DNA from: Hyphomonas sp.
GTDB taxonomy: Bacteria; Pseudomonadota; Alphaproteobacteria; Caulobacterales; Hyphomonadaceae
Assembly: GCF_022844445.1 (NCBI RefSeq)
Contig: NZ_JALHLS010000013.1
Span: 17,926 to 81,925, forward strand
Direction of reading: 5' to 3'
Length of the DNA: 64,000 nucleotides
Shown here piece after piece: positions 9,064 through 19,500 of the stretch. Below the pieces are notes generated by a model. The model searched no databases. It was not told the origin of the DNA and saw nothing but the letters and a program-made list of their open reading frames with translations. The position numbers were made by a program, and so were the translations under genes. Position 1 is the stretch's first letter, and each line of letters opens with the position of its first letter.

Positions 9064-9756
9064 TCACGCATAATCATCAGCCAGGCTTGCAACGGCGGCG
9101 ACTTTCGCATCCCGCTTACGGCGGCGCTGGAGCGTTTGCATGAAGCCGAACGCGACTCGGATCAGGATCAGCAGGAGGACGCCCGCCAGCGGCTCATTCA
9201 ACGTGAAGGCAACGCCCGCGCCAAGGATGATCGCAATGTGCAGGGTCACGATACGCCCGTAGGGCGAGAACATCTCCAGCTGCGGATTGCTGGTCTTGTA
9301 TTCACCGCGTCCAAGGAAGTCGAACACGTAGTAGAGGAGGCTGACACCCGCAATGGCCGCAACGAACCAGGTCATTTCCGGCGCAGTGCCGAGCGCCCAC
9401 TGGATCAATGAGACAGGTTCCAGATTGTCGCCGCCGCCTTCTCCGCCGGCAAACAGCCGCAGGAATATACCGTGTACGAAGCAGAACATGCCGTAGTGGA
9501 AAAAGAAAAACGGCACCATGAACAGCGCCATCGCGAGGCTGACGACGGAGGCAATCGCGGTGCCGATCATCCGGAAGATCGTGAAGGCGCCGATAACAAG
9601 GTTCTCGAGCCAGTAAAGGGCGACGAGCGGGGTCGCGCTCCAGCCGAAGGCGAACACGGCCAGGATCGGGAGCAGGTCAACACCGAGGCTCACCCAGGAC
9701 AGCGGATCGCGATAGGCGCGCGCGACCTCAGACGGGTCGAGGAAGCGTCCCCTCAT
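9064..9756 (-). CDS. DUF6498-like membrane protein
   Basis: LYWLENLVIG, FFFFHYGMFCFVHG and PYGRIVTLHIAII; multiple TM segments. Confidence 0.8.
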   Translation of the reverse strand: MRGRFLDPSEVARAYRDPLSWVSLGVDLLPILAVFAFGWSATPLVALYWLENLVIGAFTIFRMIGTAIASVVSLAMALFMVPFFFFHYGMFCFVHGIFLRLFAGGEGGGDNLEPVSLIQWALGTAPEMTWFVAAIAGVSLLYYVFDFLGRGEYKTSNPQLEMFSPYGRIVTLHIAIILGAGVAFTLNEPLAGVLLLILIRVAFGFMQTLQRRRKRDAKVAAVASLADDYA

Positions 9757-10343
9757 TCGGCCAGCTTGCCGGTGATCTCAGGAATGTCCGCATCGACCTC
9801 CGTATAGACAACATTGCGCCCGGGCGACCATTCCCCCTTGGCGAAGTATTCGGAAGTCATGGTCATGGCGCCCTCGGGCGTCAGACGGCCGGTAGAGCGC
9901 ACGCGGGTGATCGTGTCATGACCCGTCACCGCTTCCTCGGCCGTCCAGCTGCCATCATTGCCCAGCACGAAGGTGCCGGTGGTATGGAAGCCGGCGCTGG
10001 TGACATAGACATAGTCAAGACTGCCGGTCTGGCCGTTCTCATAAACATAGGTGACGCCGCCATAGGAGCCGTCCTCAAGGGCATGCCGGTTTACCAGCAC
10101 ACGGCCGCCGAGATCCCAGCTCCAGGCCGAGACATCCGCCGGGCCGGTCTCGCCCTCAGCCACGGGCTCGCTGCGCCAGGTCTTTCCTGCCAGGCCGGTC
10201 AGCGCGCCGAAGCTGCCTTTCTGGGCAGCGGTCGGCGGGCCGAAGCCTGCGGCACCGTCCGGGAAACAGGCACACGCCGCCAGCAGGCAAACCGAGGCGA
10301 GCGTCAGGGACAGGCGCCGGGCACCGGCGAGCATGCGGTTCAT
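9753..10343 (-). CDS. Hypothetical exported/lipoprotein, probably beta-barrel
   Basis: Signal with lipobox-like LLAAC. Alternating beta-strand pattern. ATGA overlap with the DUF6498 gene. Confidence 0.65.
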   Translation of the reverse strand: MNRMLAGARRLSLTLASVCLLAACACFPDGAAGFGPPTAAQKGSFGALTGLAGKTWRSEPVAEGETGPADVSAWSWDLGGRVLVNRHALEDGSYGGVTYVYENGQTGSLDYVYVTSAGFHTTGTFVLGNDGSWTAEEAVTGHDTITRVRSTGRLTPEGAMTMTSEYFAKGEWSPGRNVVYTEVDADIPEITGKLAE

Positions 10344-10364
10344 CGAGAAATCCTCCCCAACGCC

Positions 10365-11045
10365 TCAATAGCCCAGAAAATTGTAAGCTGGGAAGGCAAA
10401 AGGATCGTTCGGCGTCAGGCCCTTTGAGCCGCGCGGGTTGTCGTAATTGCCGGTCAGCAGCTCGAAATGAAGGTGGACAGCCTCGGCATTGCCGGTTGCC
10501 CCCATCATGCCGACAGGCTGGCCAAAACCGATCGACGAGCCGAGTTGGATACCCGCATCAAAGTATTCCAGGTGGGCGTAGCGGGTGTAGACACCATGGC
10601 CATGGTCGATCAGGACCTGCAGTCCGTATCCGGAGGATTCGCGCGCCTCGATCACGCGGCCGGGGGCGGCGGCGTAGATCATGCTGGCCGGGCGGCTGGT
10701 CAGGTCGATACCTTCATGCATGCGGCTCCCGCGCATGCCGAAGCCGGATGACAGGCACACATCATTTACCGGCACCGTGGCGAGCACGACCTGTCCGACG
10801 AGGATCACCGGCTTGTAGTCCGAAATCCAGCGCTCGCTGTCATGAGCGGGCGCGTTCGACACGCCCATGCCCGGACACAGGCGCAGGAACGCATTCGGCT
10901 GGAACGGCCCTTGCGGCGGATTGCGGGTGTCGCCGGGCGGGCCGTACTCCACGGGGGGGCCATAGACGATCACGGGCGCGGGCTGCGACGCGCAGGCGCC
11001 CAGCATCAGGAGCGCAACCATCAGCCCCCAGAGGCGTGTGCTCAC
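10365..11045 (-). CDS. M23 family metallopeptidase lipoprotein
   Basis: GTG start overlaps the FMO stop. LGAC lipobox, HEGID, YAHL and HLHFE zinc motifs. Confidence 0.88.
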   Translation of the reverse strand: MSTRLWGLMVALLMLGACASQPAPVIVYGPPVEYGPPGDTRNPPQGPFQPNAFLRLCPGMGVSNAPAHDSERWISDYKPVILVGQVVLATVPVNDVCLSSGFGMRGSRMHEGIDLTSRPASMIYAAAPGRVIEARESSGYGLQVLIDHGHGVYTRYAHLEYFDAGIQLGSSIGFGQPVGMMGATGNAEAVHLHFELLTGNYDNPRGSKGLTPNDPFAFPAYNFLGY

Positions 11046-12379
11046 ACGTTGACCTTTGTCCGTTTGGCGCCGCGCTCGATCTCCTTCATCAGATCCTTGC
11101 AATAGGCGAAGAAGTCGACCTGCATGCGGTGACGCGGGCTGTCATAGAAGTGGCCGAGATGGGCCTCCTCGTCTTCCTTGGTGACCCGGTGCATTTCGTC
11201 CGCAGGCGGAAAGGCGTACCGGCCGGTCAGCGCGGCGACGACGAGTTTCGATTGCTGCTCGGCAAAGTTCACGAGTGTCGGCAGCGGCTGGGCGAGGCCG
11301 AGGAAGAACAGGGTTTCGCGGCCCGGCTGGACCATGCGCTTGTATAGCGGGAAAACATTGTCCTTCGGGGTGAGTTCGTCCTGCTTGAAGAACGGGAAGG
11401 TCGTATTGTAACCTGTGGCCCAGACGATGGCGTCCACCTTCTCCCGCGTGCCGTCAGTGAACACGACGAAATCGCCATCGAGACGTTCGATACCGGGCTT
11501 TGGCGTGATGTCTCCGCAGCCGACCCGGGTAAGGAATTCTCCGGACACGGAAGGGTGGCCGTCCAGCGGTTCATGGTCCGGTTTCGGCAAGCCGTAGTCT
11601 TCCATGTTGCCGATCGTCTTCTTGATGTTCGCCTTGGCCAGCGCCCGGCCGATTTTCGGCGGCATCCAGGGCGGCAGCACGGCCTTGTCGGCCGGCTTGC
11701 CAGCCATGTATTTCGGCAGCACCCAGACGCCGCGCCGCATCGAGATGAACAGCTTTTCCGCCAGCGGGCGCTGGGAGAGCTCCGAGGAAATATCCATCGC
11801 CGAATTGCCGGCGCCTACGATCATCACGCGCTTGCCGCGGAAGTCATACGGCGTGAACGGGTCACGGTAATGGTGGGAATGGACCTGGTAGCCATTGAAC
11901 GTGCCGGGATATGTCGGCATCCGCGCGTCCCAATGGTGACCATTGGCGATGCAGACAGCGTCATAGTCGCGCGTCTCACCGGTCGACAGTGTGACGCGGA
12001 AGCGCCCGCCCGGAAGGTCAGCGACGTCTTCGACGGCTGTGTTGAACGTGATCGTCCGCCTGAGGTCGAAATGATCGACATAGTCGTTGAAGTACTGGCA
12101 GAGCTGGGCGTGATGCGGGAAATCCGGCCAGTCCGACGGTACCGGATAATCCTCGAAGGCAAGGCGCCATTTCGAGGTGTCGATGTGCAGCGACTGGTAG
12201 CAGGACGAGACCCCGTTCGGGTTGTTGTAGTACCAGTTGCCGCCGACATTGTCGGATTTCTCGAAACAGTCGTAGGGCAGTCCCTGATCCTTGAGGCGCT
12301 TGGCCATCGTGAACCCGGAACAGCCTGCCCCGATGATGCAGGTTTTCGGCTTTGCCGCTGCGTCAAAGGCCATGGTCAT
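11042..12379 (-). CDS. Flavin-containing monooxygenase (class B FMO)
   Basis: GAGCSG FAD motif, GGNW, FxGxxxHxxxY (FNGYQVHSHHY), GAGNSA and ATGY. Confidence 0.92.
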   Translation of the reverse strand: MTMAFDAAAKPKTCIIGAGCSGFTMAKRLKDQGLPYDCFEKSDNVGGNWYYNNPNGVSSCYQSLHIDTSKWRLAFEDYPVPSDWPDFPHHAQLCQYFNDYVDHFDLRRTITFNTAVEDVADLPGGRFRVTLSTGETRDYDAVCIANGHHWDARMPTYPGTFNGYQVHSHHYRDPFTPYDFRGKRVMIVGAGNSAMDISSELSQRPLAEKLFISMRRGVWVLPKYMAGKPADKAVLPPWMPPKIGRALAKANIKKTIGNMEDYGLPKPDHEPLDGHPSVSGEFLTRVGCGDITPKPGIERLDGDFVVFTDGTREKVDAIVWATGYNTTFPFFKQDELTPKDNVFPLYKRMVQPGRETLFFLGLAQPLPTLVNFAEQQSKLVVAALTGRYAFPPADEMHRVTKEDEEAHLGHFYDSPRHRMQVDFFAYCKDLMKEIERGAKRTKVNV

Positions 12380-12472
12380 ATCTCCTTACCTTGCGCGAAC
12401 CCGTTTCCATGAGTCCCGCGCGATGTTATCCGGCGTTTCAAGGGCGTCAAATCGGAAAGCGAGCCGGGCTGC

Positions 12473-12952
12473 ATGAACGACAAGCCGAAGAAGGAATATG
12501 ACATCGCCGCCATCATGAACGAGAACATCAACGTGATGCGCGATGTGGTGCCCTGGGCGAACGAGACAAGGTTCCGTGTGACCAAGGTTGACAAGGGCCA
12601 TGTCTTCGGCGTGCAGCCCTGGGCCGAACACCTGGTGGGCGATCCGGACACCGGCGTCATCCATGGCGGGGTGATCACCACTTTCCTGGACAACCTGTCC
12701 GGCATGGCCTGCACGGCTGCGATGACCCAACTGCGTTTCGTGGCGACCATCGACCTGCGCATCGACTATATGCGGCCGGCCGAGAAGGGCCGCGACATCA
12801 TCGGCGAGGCGGAATGCTACCATCTCACCCGGACCGTCTGCTTTACCCGCGCCTGGGCCTATCATGAAACGCGGGACAAGCTGATCGCAACCTCACAGGG
12901 AACCTTTGCCATCAACAAGCCGCGCTTCGGCGACGGGAAGGCCCGCACATGA
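12473..12952 (+). CDS. PaaI family hotdog thioesterase
   Basis: GVIHGGVITTFLD and ATIDLRIDYMRPA. Confidence 0.9.
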   Translation: MNDKPKKEYDIAAIMNENINVMRDVVPWANETRFRVTKVDKGHVFGVQPWAEHLVGDPDTGVIHGGVITTFLDNLSGMACTAAMTQLRFVATIDLRIDYMRPAEKGRDIIGEAECYHLTRTVCFTRAWAYHETRDKLIATSQGTFAINKPRFGDGKART

Positions 12953-13377
12953 ATCCCGACCTGACCAATCCGCGGGCGGACGAAATCGACGCGATCCTCA
13001 AGCGGATCCCATTTGCACAAACGCTCGGCATGCGCTGCGAGGTGCTGGGCGACGAAATGACGGCGATCCTGCCCTATCAGGAAAAGCTGATCGGCAACGT
13101 GACGATCCGCGCGCTGCATGGGGGTGCGATAGCATCATTCCTCGAGTTGACCGCAATGCTGCAGGTTTTCCTTGTCTCCGACATGCCGCGCCCGCCCAAG
13201 GCGATCAACATCACCATCGACTATCTACGACAGGGTCATGCCAAGGACCTCTATGCGCGCGCTTTCGTAATGAAAATGGGGCGCCGGATGGCTTCGGTAC
13301 GCGCCGAAGCCTGGCAGGAGAACCGGGCGGACCCGGTCTCGGCGATCGTGGCCCATTTCATGGTGGCGGCGGACTAG
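12949..13377 (+). CDS. PaaI family hotdog thioesterase (second, translationally coupled)
   Basis: ALHGGAIASFLE and ITIDYLR. ATGA overlap with the preceding gene. Confidence 0.9.
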   Translation: MNPDLTNPRADEIDAILKRIPFAQTLGMRCEVLGDEMTAILPYQEKLIGNVTIRALHGGAIASFLELTAMLQVFLVSDMPRPPKAINITIDYLRQGHAKDLYARAFVMKMGRRMASVRAEAWQENRADPVSAIVAHFMVAAD

Positions 13378-13647
13378 GCCTGGAGCAGGCATCAACCGCG
13401 GCGGCACAAAGGATGCGGGCTCAACGCTACTCAGGATATGTCCCGCCTGGCGTTCCGGATCACGGTCTTCGGCGATGACGGGATGATGAGGAGGCGTGTT
13501 CGGGATAGAAAAGCAAAAGGAGGGGCCTGACATCAGGCGCATCTCGGAAACCGTGCACCAAAAAACCGGTTCTGCGCGGACCTCGCAGACGGGCCATTCG
13601 ACCAGCTTGCAGCGCATTGAGGCGGGAGAGGCCGACGGGGTATCTGC

Positions 13648-14799
13648 TTAGTTCACCGGCGGAAAGGCCCGGGCGACGCGCTGGTTCCATTCGTAGAGCG
13701 CAGGCCAGTTCTCGCCCTCGTTGGGCATCAGGCCGAGGCGAACGATGACCAGGTCTCGGCTGGGAACGACCCAGATCGTCTGGCCTTCATGTCCCCCAGC
13801 GTGAAACGCGTCACGCGGCTCAGAGTCTGCATTCTGTCTGTGCGTCAGCGGACCTTTGTCGGGAATGATCCACCAGCCTGCACCATAGACATTGGTATTG
13901 GAGGCCGGGCCGGGCGTGCGCGCAAAATCGACCCATCCTTCCGGCAGAATCTGCGTTCCTTCCCAGACACCATCACGAAGGTAGAGGTAGCCGAACTTTG
14001 CAAAGTCGCGCGCGCTGGCCCAGACGAGCGAGCCACCCAGATAGGTGCCCTTGGGATCGAACTCGACAACCGTGTCCATGCCGATCCGGTCAAACAGGAT
14101 CCGGTCGAACGCTTCCTTTGTCTCTTTCGGCTTGCCTTCAGTTCCCAGGGTGACCTGCAAGGCATGACCGATCATGTGAAAAGCAGGCGTGGAATAGGTC
14201 CAGTAGATGCCGGGCGCGTGTACGAGCGGAAAAGCGCGCATCGCATAGCCCAGCGCATCGAACCGACCGTCCCCGTACATCAGCTGCACGACATCGCTCT
14301 TGACCGGATTCGGGTCGCCGTCGAGTTCGTGATAGTCGAGCCCGTCCACAGCGTTGAGCCACTGGCGCCAGGTGATTTCGGCTTGCTTGCTGCCCGGCTC
14401 ATAGGGCGTTGGCATCGGGACATCGAGGTTGATGTCTGCGCCCTCAACGATGGCCGCGCCCACGAGGGCCTGCGTGACGGACTTCGCCATACTCCAGGAG
14501 ATCTGCCTTGTCTCAGGTGAAAAGTGCCTCCCATAGGCTTCAGCAACAAGCTTGCCGCGCCAGATGATCACGAGGCCGCGCGTCTCGCCCATCAGGTCTT
14601 TCGACGTCTTGCCCATGGCTTCGGCCACAAGAGCCTCTACGGCGTCTTTCGATTGCTGCGGCAGCTCGCCGGCCTCCCAGCCGGACGTGGGAAAGGCGAG
14701 GCCTTCAGGCTGTGAGGGCAGCGTCGCGAGGCCTTGCGCACCGGCGCTCAAAACCCATGACGCTGCTGCGGTAAGCATTCCAAGAATCTTTAGCTTCAC
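13648..14799 (-). CDS. Serine hydrolase, beta-lactamase class C-like, exported
   Basis: SMAK nucleophile, WTYS, GSLVWASARDFAKFGYLYL-x2-G-x-W-x4-ILPEGW, AGGHEGQ and DLVIVRLG. GTG start with signal peptide. Confidence 0.88.
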   Translation of the reverse strand: MKLKILGMLTAAASWVLSAGAQGLATLPSQPEGLAFPTSGWEAGELPQQSKDAVEALVAEAMGKTSKDLMGETRGLVIIWRGKLVAEAYGRHFSPETRQISWSMAKSVTQALVGAAIVEGADINLDVPMPTPYEPGSKQAEITWRQWLNAVDGLDYHELDGDPNPVKSDVVQLMYGDGRFDALGYAMRAFPLVHAPGIYWTYSTPAFHMIGHALQVTLGTEGKPKETKEAFDRILFDRIGMDTVVEFDPKGTYLGGSLVWASARDFAKFGYLYLRDGVWEGTQILPEGWVDFARTPGPASNTNVYGAGWWIIPDKGPLTHRQNADSEPRDAFHAGGHEGQTIWVVPSRDLVIVRLGLMPNEGENWPALYEWNQRVARAFPPVN

Positions 14800-14856
14800 G
14801 CTGGCGCACTCCCTCGTTTTGGTTATGCTTTGAAAAAATCTGTTGTGGACCGGGAT

Positions 14857-15174
14857 ATGAAGCTCGTCAAAGCCTTCAGTATTGGGATTGTCGTGCTTGG
14901 GCTTGCAAGCGGGCTGGCCTGGCAATTCTTCCTGCGGGATCAGATTGCGTTCGCCAGGATAGCGAGCGCTTACGGCGCAAAAATGGTCTGCTCATGCCGT
15001 TTCGTTGCAGGACGCCCGATGGAGAGCTGCCTCACGGACTTCACGGCAGACCTCAGTCAGATTACGTTCAAAGAATCCGGAGACACCGTCCGCGCCAGCG
15101 TGCTTGGCGGCCTCGTCTCCGCGCAAGCCCGGAACACGGGCCCTGAAACCGGCTGCACAATGGTTGAAAAATGA
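14857..15174 (+). CDS. Small membrane-anchored protein with AKxxCSCxFVxGR ... GC motif
   Basis: N-terminal TM, then AYGAKMVCSCRFVAGR and C-terminal ARNTGPETGCTMV. Resembles the N-terminal domain of longer serine hydrolases. Confidence 0.7.
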   Translation: MKLVKAFSIGIVVLGLASGLAWQFFLRDQIAFARIASAYGAKMVCSCRFVAGRPMESCLTDFTADLSQITFKESGDTVRASVLGGLVSAQARNTGPETGCTMVEK

Positions 15175-15611
15175 AACACGTACTTATCGCCTTCTTGTTA
15201 CTCACAAGCTCGGCTGTACTCGCGCCTGCCGCCCGCGCCGACGAGGGGCTGAAATGGATGACCGGATGCTGGCGCACGAAGGACAAGACTTACAAGGAAG
15301 TCTGGTCGAAACCGGAATCGGGATTCCTCTTCGGCTATTCAATGACCTATGACGAGACAGGCGCACTCACCTTTTTCGAGCAGAGCCGCATCGATGGCGG
15401 CGCGCCGGCCGTGTTCAACGCCTACCCCAGCGGGTTCGGTCCATCGGAGTTCACAGAGGAGAGCCGCGGCAAGACTACCGTAACCTTCTCCAACTCGGCG
15501 CACGACTATCCGCAGCGGATCGTGTACGCGCGCAAGGGTAGCCGGATGAGCGCCACCATCTCGCTGATGAATGGTGCGCGCTCGGTGACCTGGGAATTCC
15601 GGAAGTGCTGA
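15171..15611 (+). CDS. DUF6265-like exported protein
   Basis: Signal peptide, WMTGCW, EVW, FFEQSRI and HDYPQRIVY. ATGA overlap with the preceding gene. Confidence 0.75.
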   Translation: MKHVLIAFLLLTSSAVLAPAARADEGLKWMTGCWRTKDKTYKEVWSKPESGFLFGYSMTYDETGALTFFEQSRIDGGAPAVFNAYPSGFGPSEFTEESRGKTTVTFSNSAHDYPQRIVYARKGSRMSATISLMNGARSVTWEFRKC

Positions 15612-15620
15612 CCTGAGAGC

Positions 15621-16511
15621 TTACGGCTCTTCGATCACGAGTTCGTCTTCCTGTGAAACCGGCAAACCGCCGAATCGGCCGGCCCAGGCTTCGGTCAGGA
15701 TCGGCGTGAGGGCATCGGCCGGGATCGTCACCTCATATGAGCCTTCTGCGTAAGCGCCGATGTCATAGGGCGAGAAAACGACAGTGATGCCGCCGGCCTT
15801 GCCGGGCTCGGTCGAGGCGGCGAGCAGGAGATTGTGGGTGTAGACATCAGGAGCCTCTGCTGACGGAACAAGCAGTTCGCGCAGGCTGGCTTCGACCGAG
15901 GCCGATTCCATAGGCTCGTAGCCGCGTTCGATCTTTTCCTCGACCAGCGCCTTGATGACGAGGTCATTGAACGCGGCTGCATCGGTGACGAAGGCAGAGA
16001 GCGGCAGGGCAGCCTCCTCGCCTTTCCGGTAGATGCCGCCGCCGAGAAAGTAGTTCGGGTGGGCGCCGCCGGTATAGGTGCCGACCATATCGCTGACCGA
16101 GATGACATCCTCGAGGACGACGGTCGCCTTGTGCGTGATGTCGAGCGTATAGCCCATGAACCAGGACGGGTTGCCGGTGGCGGCCGCATCTTCGTCCGCC
16201 ATTCTGCGGCCTTCATCGGCGGAGACGGCAAGCTCGTTGAGCTGCGCGTCCGCGTTCTTCCACAGGCGCCAGGCGAGCGGCGGATCGAAGGCGAGGATGG
16301 CAGGGTCAATCTCGGCAGTGACCTTGTAGTTTTCGCTCTCGCGCTCGGTGGACAACTCGAAGCCTTCCGGCGCAGTAGCGGCCTCGGCGGCCGCAGCCTC
16401 GACGGCCGCCTCGACGCCGGCCTCGTCGACGGGGTCCGTCGCCGGCGCTACGGGGGAGCAGGCGGCCACCAGCAGGACACAGACGCAGGCGGAAGCAAGA
16501 AGTCGGATCAT
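15621..16511 (-). CDS. DUF4163/DUF3298 (RsiV/PdaC-like) lipoprotein
   Basis: LVAAC lipobox, YTGGAHPN and FSPYDIGAYAEGSYEVTIP. Confidence 0.8.
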   Translation of the reverse strand: MIRLLASACVCVLLVAACSPVAPATDPVDEAGVEAAVEAAAAEAATAPEGFELSTERESENYKVTAEIDPAILAFDPPLAWRLWKNADAQLNELAVSADEGRRMADEDAAATGNPSWFMGYTLDITHKATVVLEDVISVSDMVGTYTGGAHPNYFLGGGIYRKGEEAALPLSAFVTDAAAFNDLVIKALVEEKIERGYEPMESASVEASLRELLVPSAEAPDVYTHNLLLAASTEPGKAGGITVVFSPYDIGAYAEGSYEVTIPADALTPILTEAWAGRFGGLPVSQEDELVIEEP

Positions 16512-16526
16512 GATACGTTCGGCTTT

Positions 16527-19500
16527 CTAGAGACTGAGGAGTTCGGCGTCGCCGCCTTGCGCGGTAATGTTGACACTTACCACGCGCTCAGTGGCGAAAC
16601 GATGGAGATAATGCGGGCCGCCCGCCTTGGGGCCGGTGCCGGAGAGGCCTTCGCCGCCGAAGGGCTGGACGCCGACGACGGCGCCGATCATCGAGCGGTT
16701 CACATAGATGTTGCCGGCGGGCATGGCGGCCTTCACCGCGGTGTGGAAACTTTCGAGGCGCGAGTGAATGCCGAGGGTAAGGCCATAGCCCTTGGCGTGC
16801 AGCGCGGCGCCGGTGGCGGCAATGGTGTCCGGGTCATAGCGCAGCACGTGCAGGACCGGACCGAAAGTTTCCTCCGTGATCTGATCAAGCGAGGAAAGCT
16901 CGACCAGGGCTGGGCCGAAGCCTGTTCCGGCGGCGGCGAGGGCGCCGGCGTCCACCTGGTGCAGCACCTTCGCCTCGGCGCGCATACGGGCGAGGTGCTT
17001 CTCGAGGAGGCCTCGTGCCTCGGCATCAATGACCGGACCGGTGTCGGTGTCCGGGCGGGCGGGATCACCGAGTTTAAGCTCGTTCATCGCGCCGATCAGG
17101 CCGTCGATCAGGCTGTCGGCGGTGGCGTTCGGCAGGAACGCGATACGCAGGGCCGAGCAGCGCTGGCCGGCGGAGCCGAATGCAGAGGTGATCATGTCGT
17201 CGATCACCTGTTCGCGCAGAGCGGTTGTGTCGACAAAGAGGCCGTTGAGGCCGCCGGTTTCGGCGATCAGCGGAATGATCGGGCCGTCCCTGCCCGCCAG
17301 CGTGCGGTTGATGAGGCGCGCAGTCGACGTGCCGCCGGTAAAGCAGACGCCGGAGACGCGCAGGTCAGCGGTTAGTTTTGCGCCGACGGTTTCGCCGCGG
17401 CCGGGCAGCAGGTGGAGCGCATCTGCGGGCAGGCCCGCCTTGTGGAAGAGGCGGACGGCCTCGAAGGCGATGAGCGGCGTCTGCTCGGCCGGCTTGGCGG
17501 CAACCGTGTTGCCGGCCGCGAGAGCGGCGGCAATCTGGCCGGTGAAGATGGCGAGAGGGAAGTTCCACGGACTGATGCAGCAGAAGACGCCGCGTCCGTG
17601 AAGGGAGAGGTGGTTGGTCTCCCCGGTGGGCCCAGGCAGACGAACAGGGGCGGCGAAATCCTCCGCGGCCTGATGCGCATAGTAGCGGCAGAAATCGACC
17701 GCTTCGCGCACTTCGGCGATGCCGTCGGGCAGCGTCTTGCCCGCCTCGCGCGCCATGAGTGCGATGAGGCGGGGCGCTTCGGCCTCCATCGCATCGGCCA
17801 TGGCATGCAGGTATTCGGCGCGCTTGGCGCCGCCGAGACGGTCCCATTCGGGCTGGTAGGCAGCGGCGGCATCAAGGGCCGCGTTGAGGGCTATGTCATC
17901 AGCTTCCAGCACCGCGCCGAGGGCGCGGGTATGGTCGGCAGGGGAACGCACTATCTCGCCGCCGCCTGTGATGGGCCCGCCCGAGACGATGGGGCCCGCG
18001 GCGATGGCAGGGCCGTCATCGAGAGCCTTGAGAGCGGAGGCAAAGCCGCTGCGCACGCCCAGCTGACTGAGATCGTGGCCGAGGGAATTCCTCCGTGCAC
18101 TGCCATAAAGGCGAGGCGGGGTCGGGATGCGCGGATGGCGGCGCGGGCCCATCTCAACCTTGGCGATGGGGTCGGCAACAACCTGTTCGGGCGGCACACT
18201 GTCATCGAGGAAGGAGTGGACGAAGCTGGTGTTGGCGCCGTTCTCGAGAAGGCGCCGAACGAGATAGGGCAAGAGGTCTTCGTGCGCACCGACAGGGGCG
18301 TAGACGCGCACGCGGGTGCCGGCTTCGGCGGCCTCGTACAGCGGCTCGCCCATGCCGTGGAGGCGCTGGTACTCGAAGCCCGTGACACCGGCGGCGCCGG
18401 CGAGCAGGTCGACGGCAGCGAGCGTGTGGGCATTGTGGGTGGCGAAGCAGGGATAGATGGCGGGCGAGGCGGCGAGCATGGCGCGGGCGCAGGCGAGGTA
18501 GTGAACGTCCGTACCCTGCTTTGTCGTGAAGACCGGGAAGTTCGGATAGCCTTCGACCTGGGCGTTCTTGATTTCCGAATCCCAGTAGGCGCCCTTGACG
18601 AGGCGGACCATGAAGCGGCGGCCGGTGACATTCGCCAGCGTGCCGAGGCGTTCGATGACGGCCAGGGCGCGCTTCTGGTAGGCCTGCACGGCCAGGCCGA
18701 GGCCGGTCCAGCCTTCAAGGGACGGCTCGCGCGCGAGCTTTTCGAATATCTTGAGGCTGATGACGAGGCGGTGGGCTTCCTCCGCATCGAGGCAGAGGCC
18801 AATGTTGGCTTTCGCAGCCTGCTGGCAGAGGGTGAGGACTTTCGGATACATCTCGGCCATCACGCGCGCTTCCTTCACGGCGAGGTAGCGCGGATGGAGG
18901 GCAGAGAGCTTGACCGAGACACCATTGGCGGATTCGGGCGGGAGCTTTGCGTCCTTGTCGGCGGAAACCGCGGAGATGGCGGCTTCATAGGCCTTGAAGT
19001 AGCGTTCGGCATCAGCGGCAGTGCGGGCGCCCTCGCCCAGCATGTCGAAGGAGAAATGGGCGGCTTCGCCGGACTTCACCATACGGCGGCCGCGCTTCAG
19101 GGCCTCCTCGACCGTCCGTCCAAGAACGAATTGCTCGCCCATGATGCGCATGGCCTGCATCATGGCGGTGCGGATGACCGGTTCGCCGCTCTGGCGGATC
19201 AGGCTGCCGACGAAGGCGGCGGGCCCCTTCTTCGCGGTTTCCGGCGCGCCGATAACGCGCCCGGTGAGCATCAGGCCCCAGGTTGACGCGTTGACGAGCC
19301 AGGAGTCCGACTGGCCCTGGTGGGCGCCCCAGTTGCCAGAGCGGATCTTCTCGGCGATCAGGTCGTCCCGTGTGGCAGCGTCCGGCACCCGCAGCAGCGC
19401 CTCGGCAAGGCACATCAAGGCAAGGCCTTCGGAATTCGTCAGGCCGAATTCCTCGAGGAAGCTTTCCATCATGCCTTTTCGCCGGCCGCGCGAGCGGGCG

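Noticed and set aside
13401-13415. CAACGCTACTC resembling part of the E. coli SRP RNA
   Set aside because: The conserved SRP domain IV (CAGG-x-CCGGAAGGAAGCAG) is absent.
13225-13690. Track ORFs 13225-13617 and 13460-13690 on the minus strand
   Set aside because: They overlap real genes, lack an RBS and have atypical composition.
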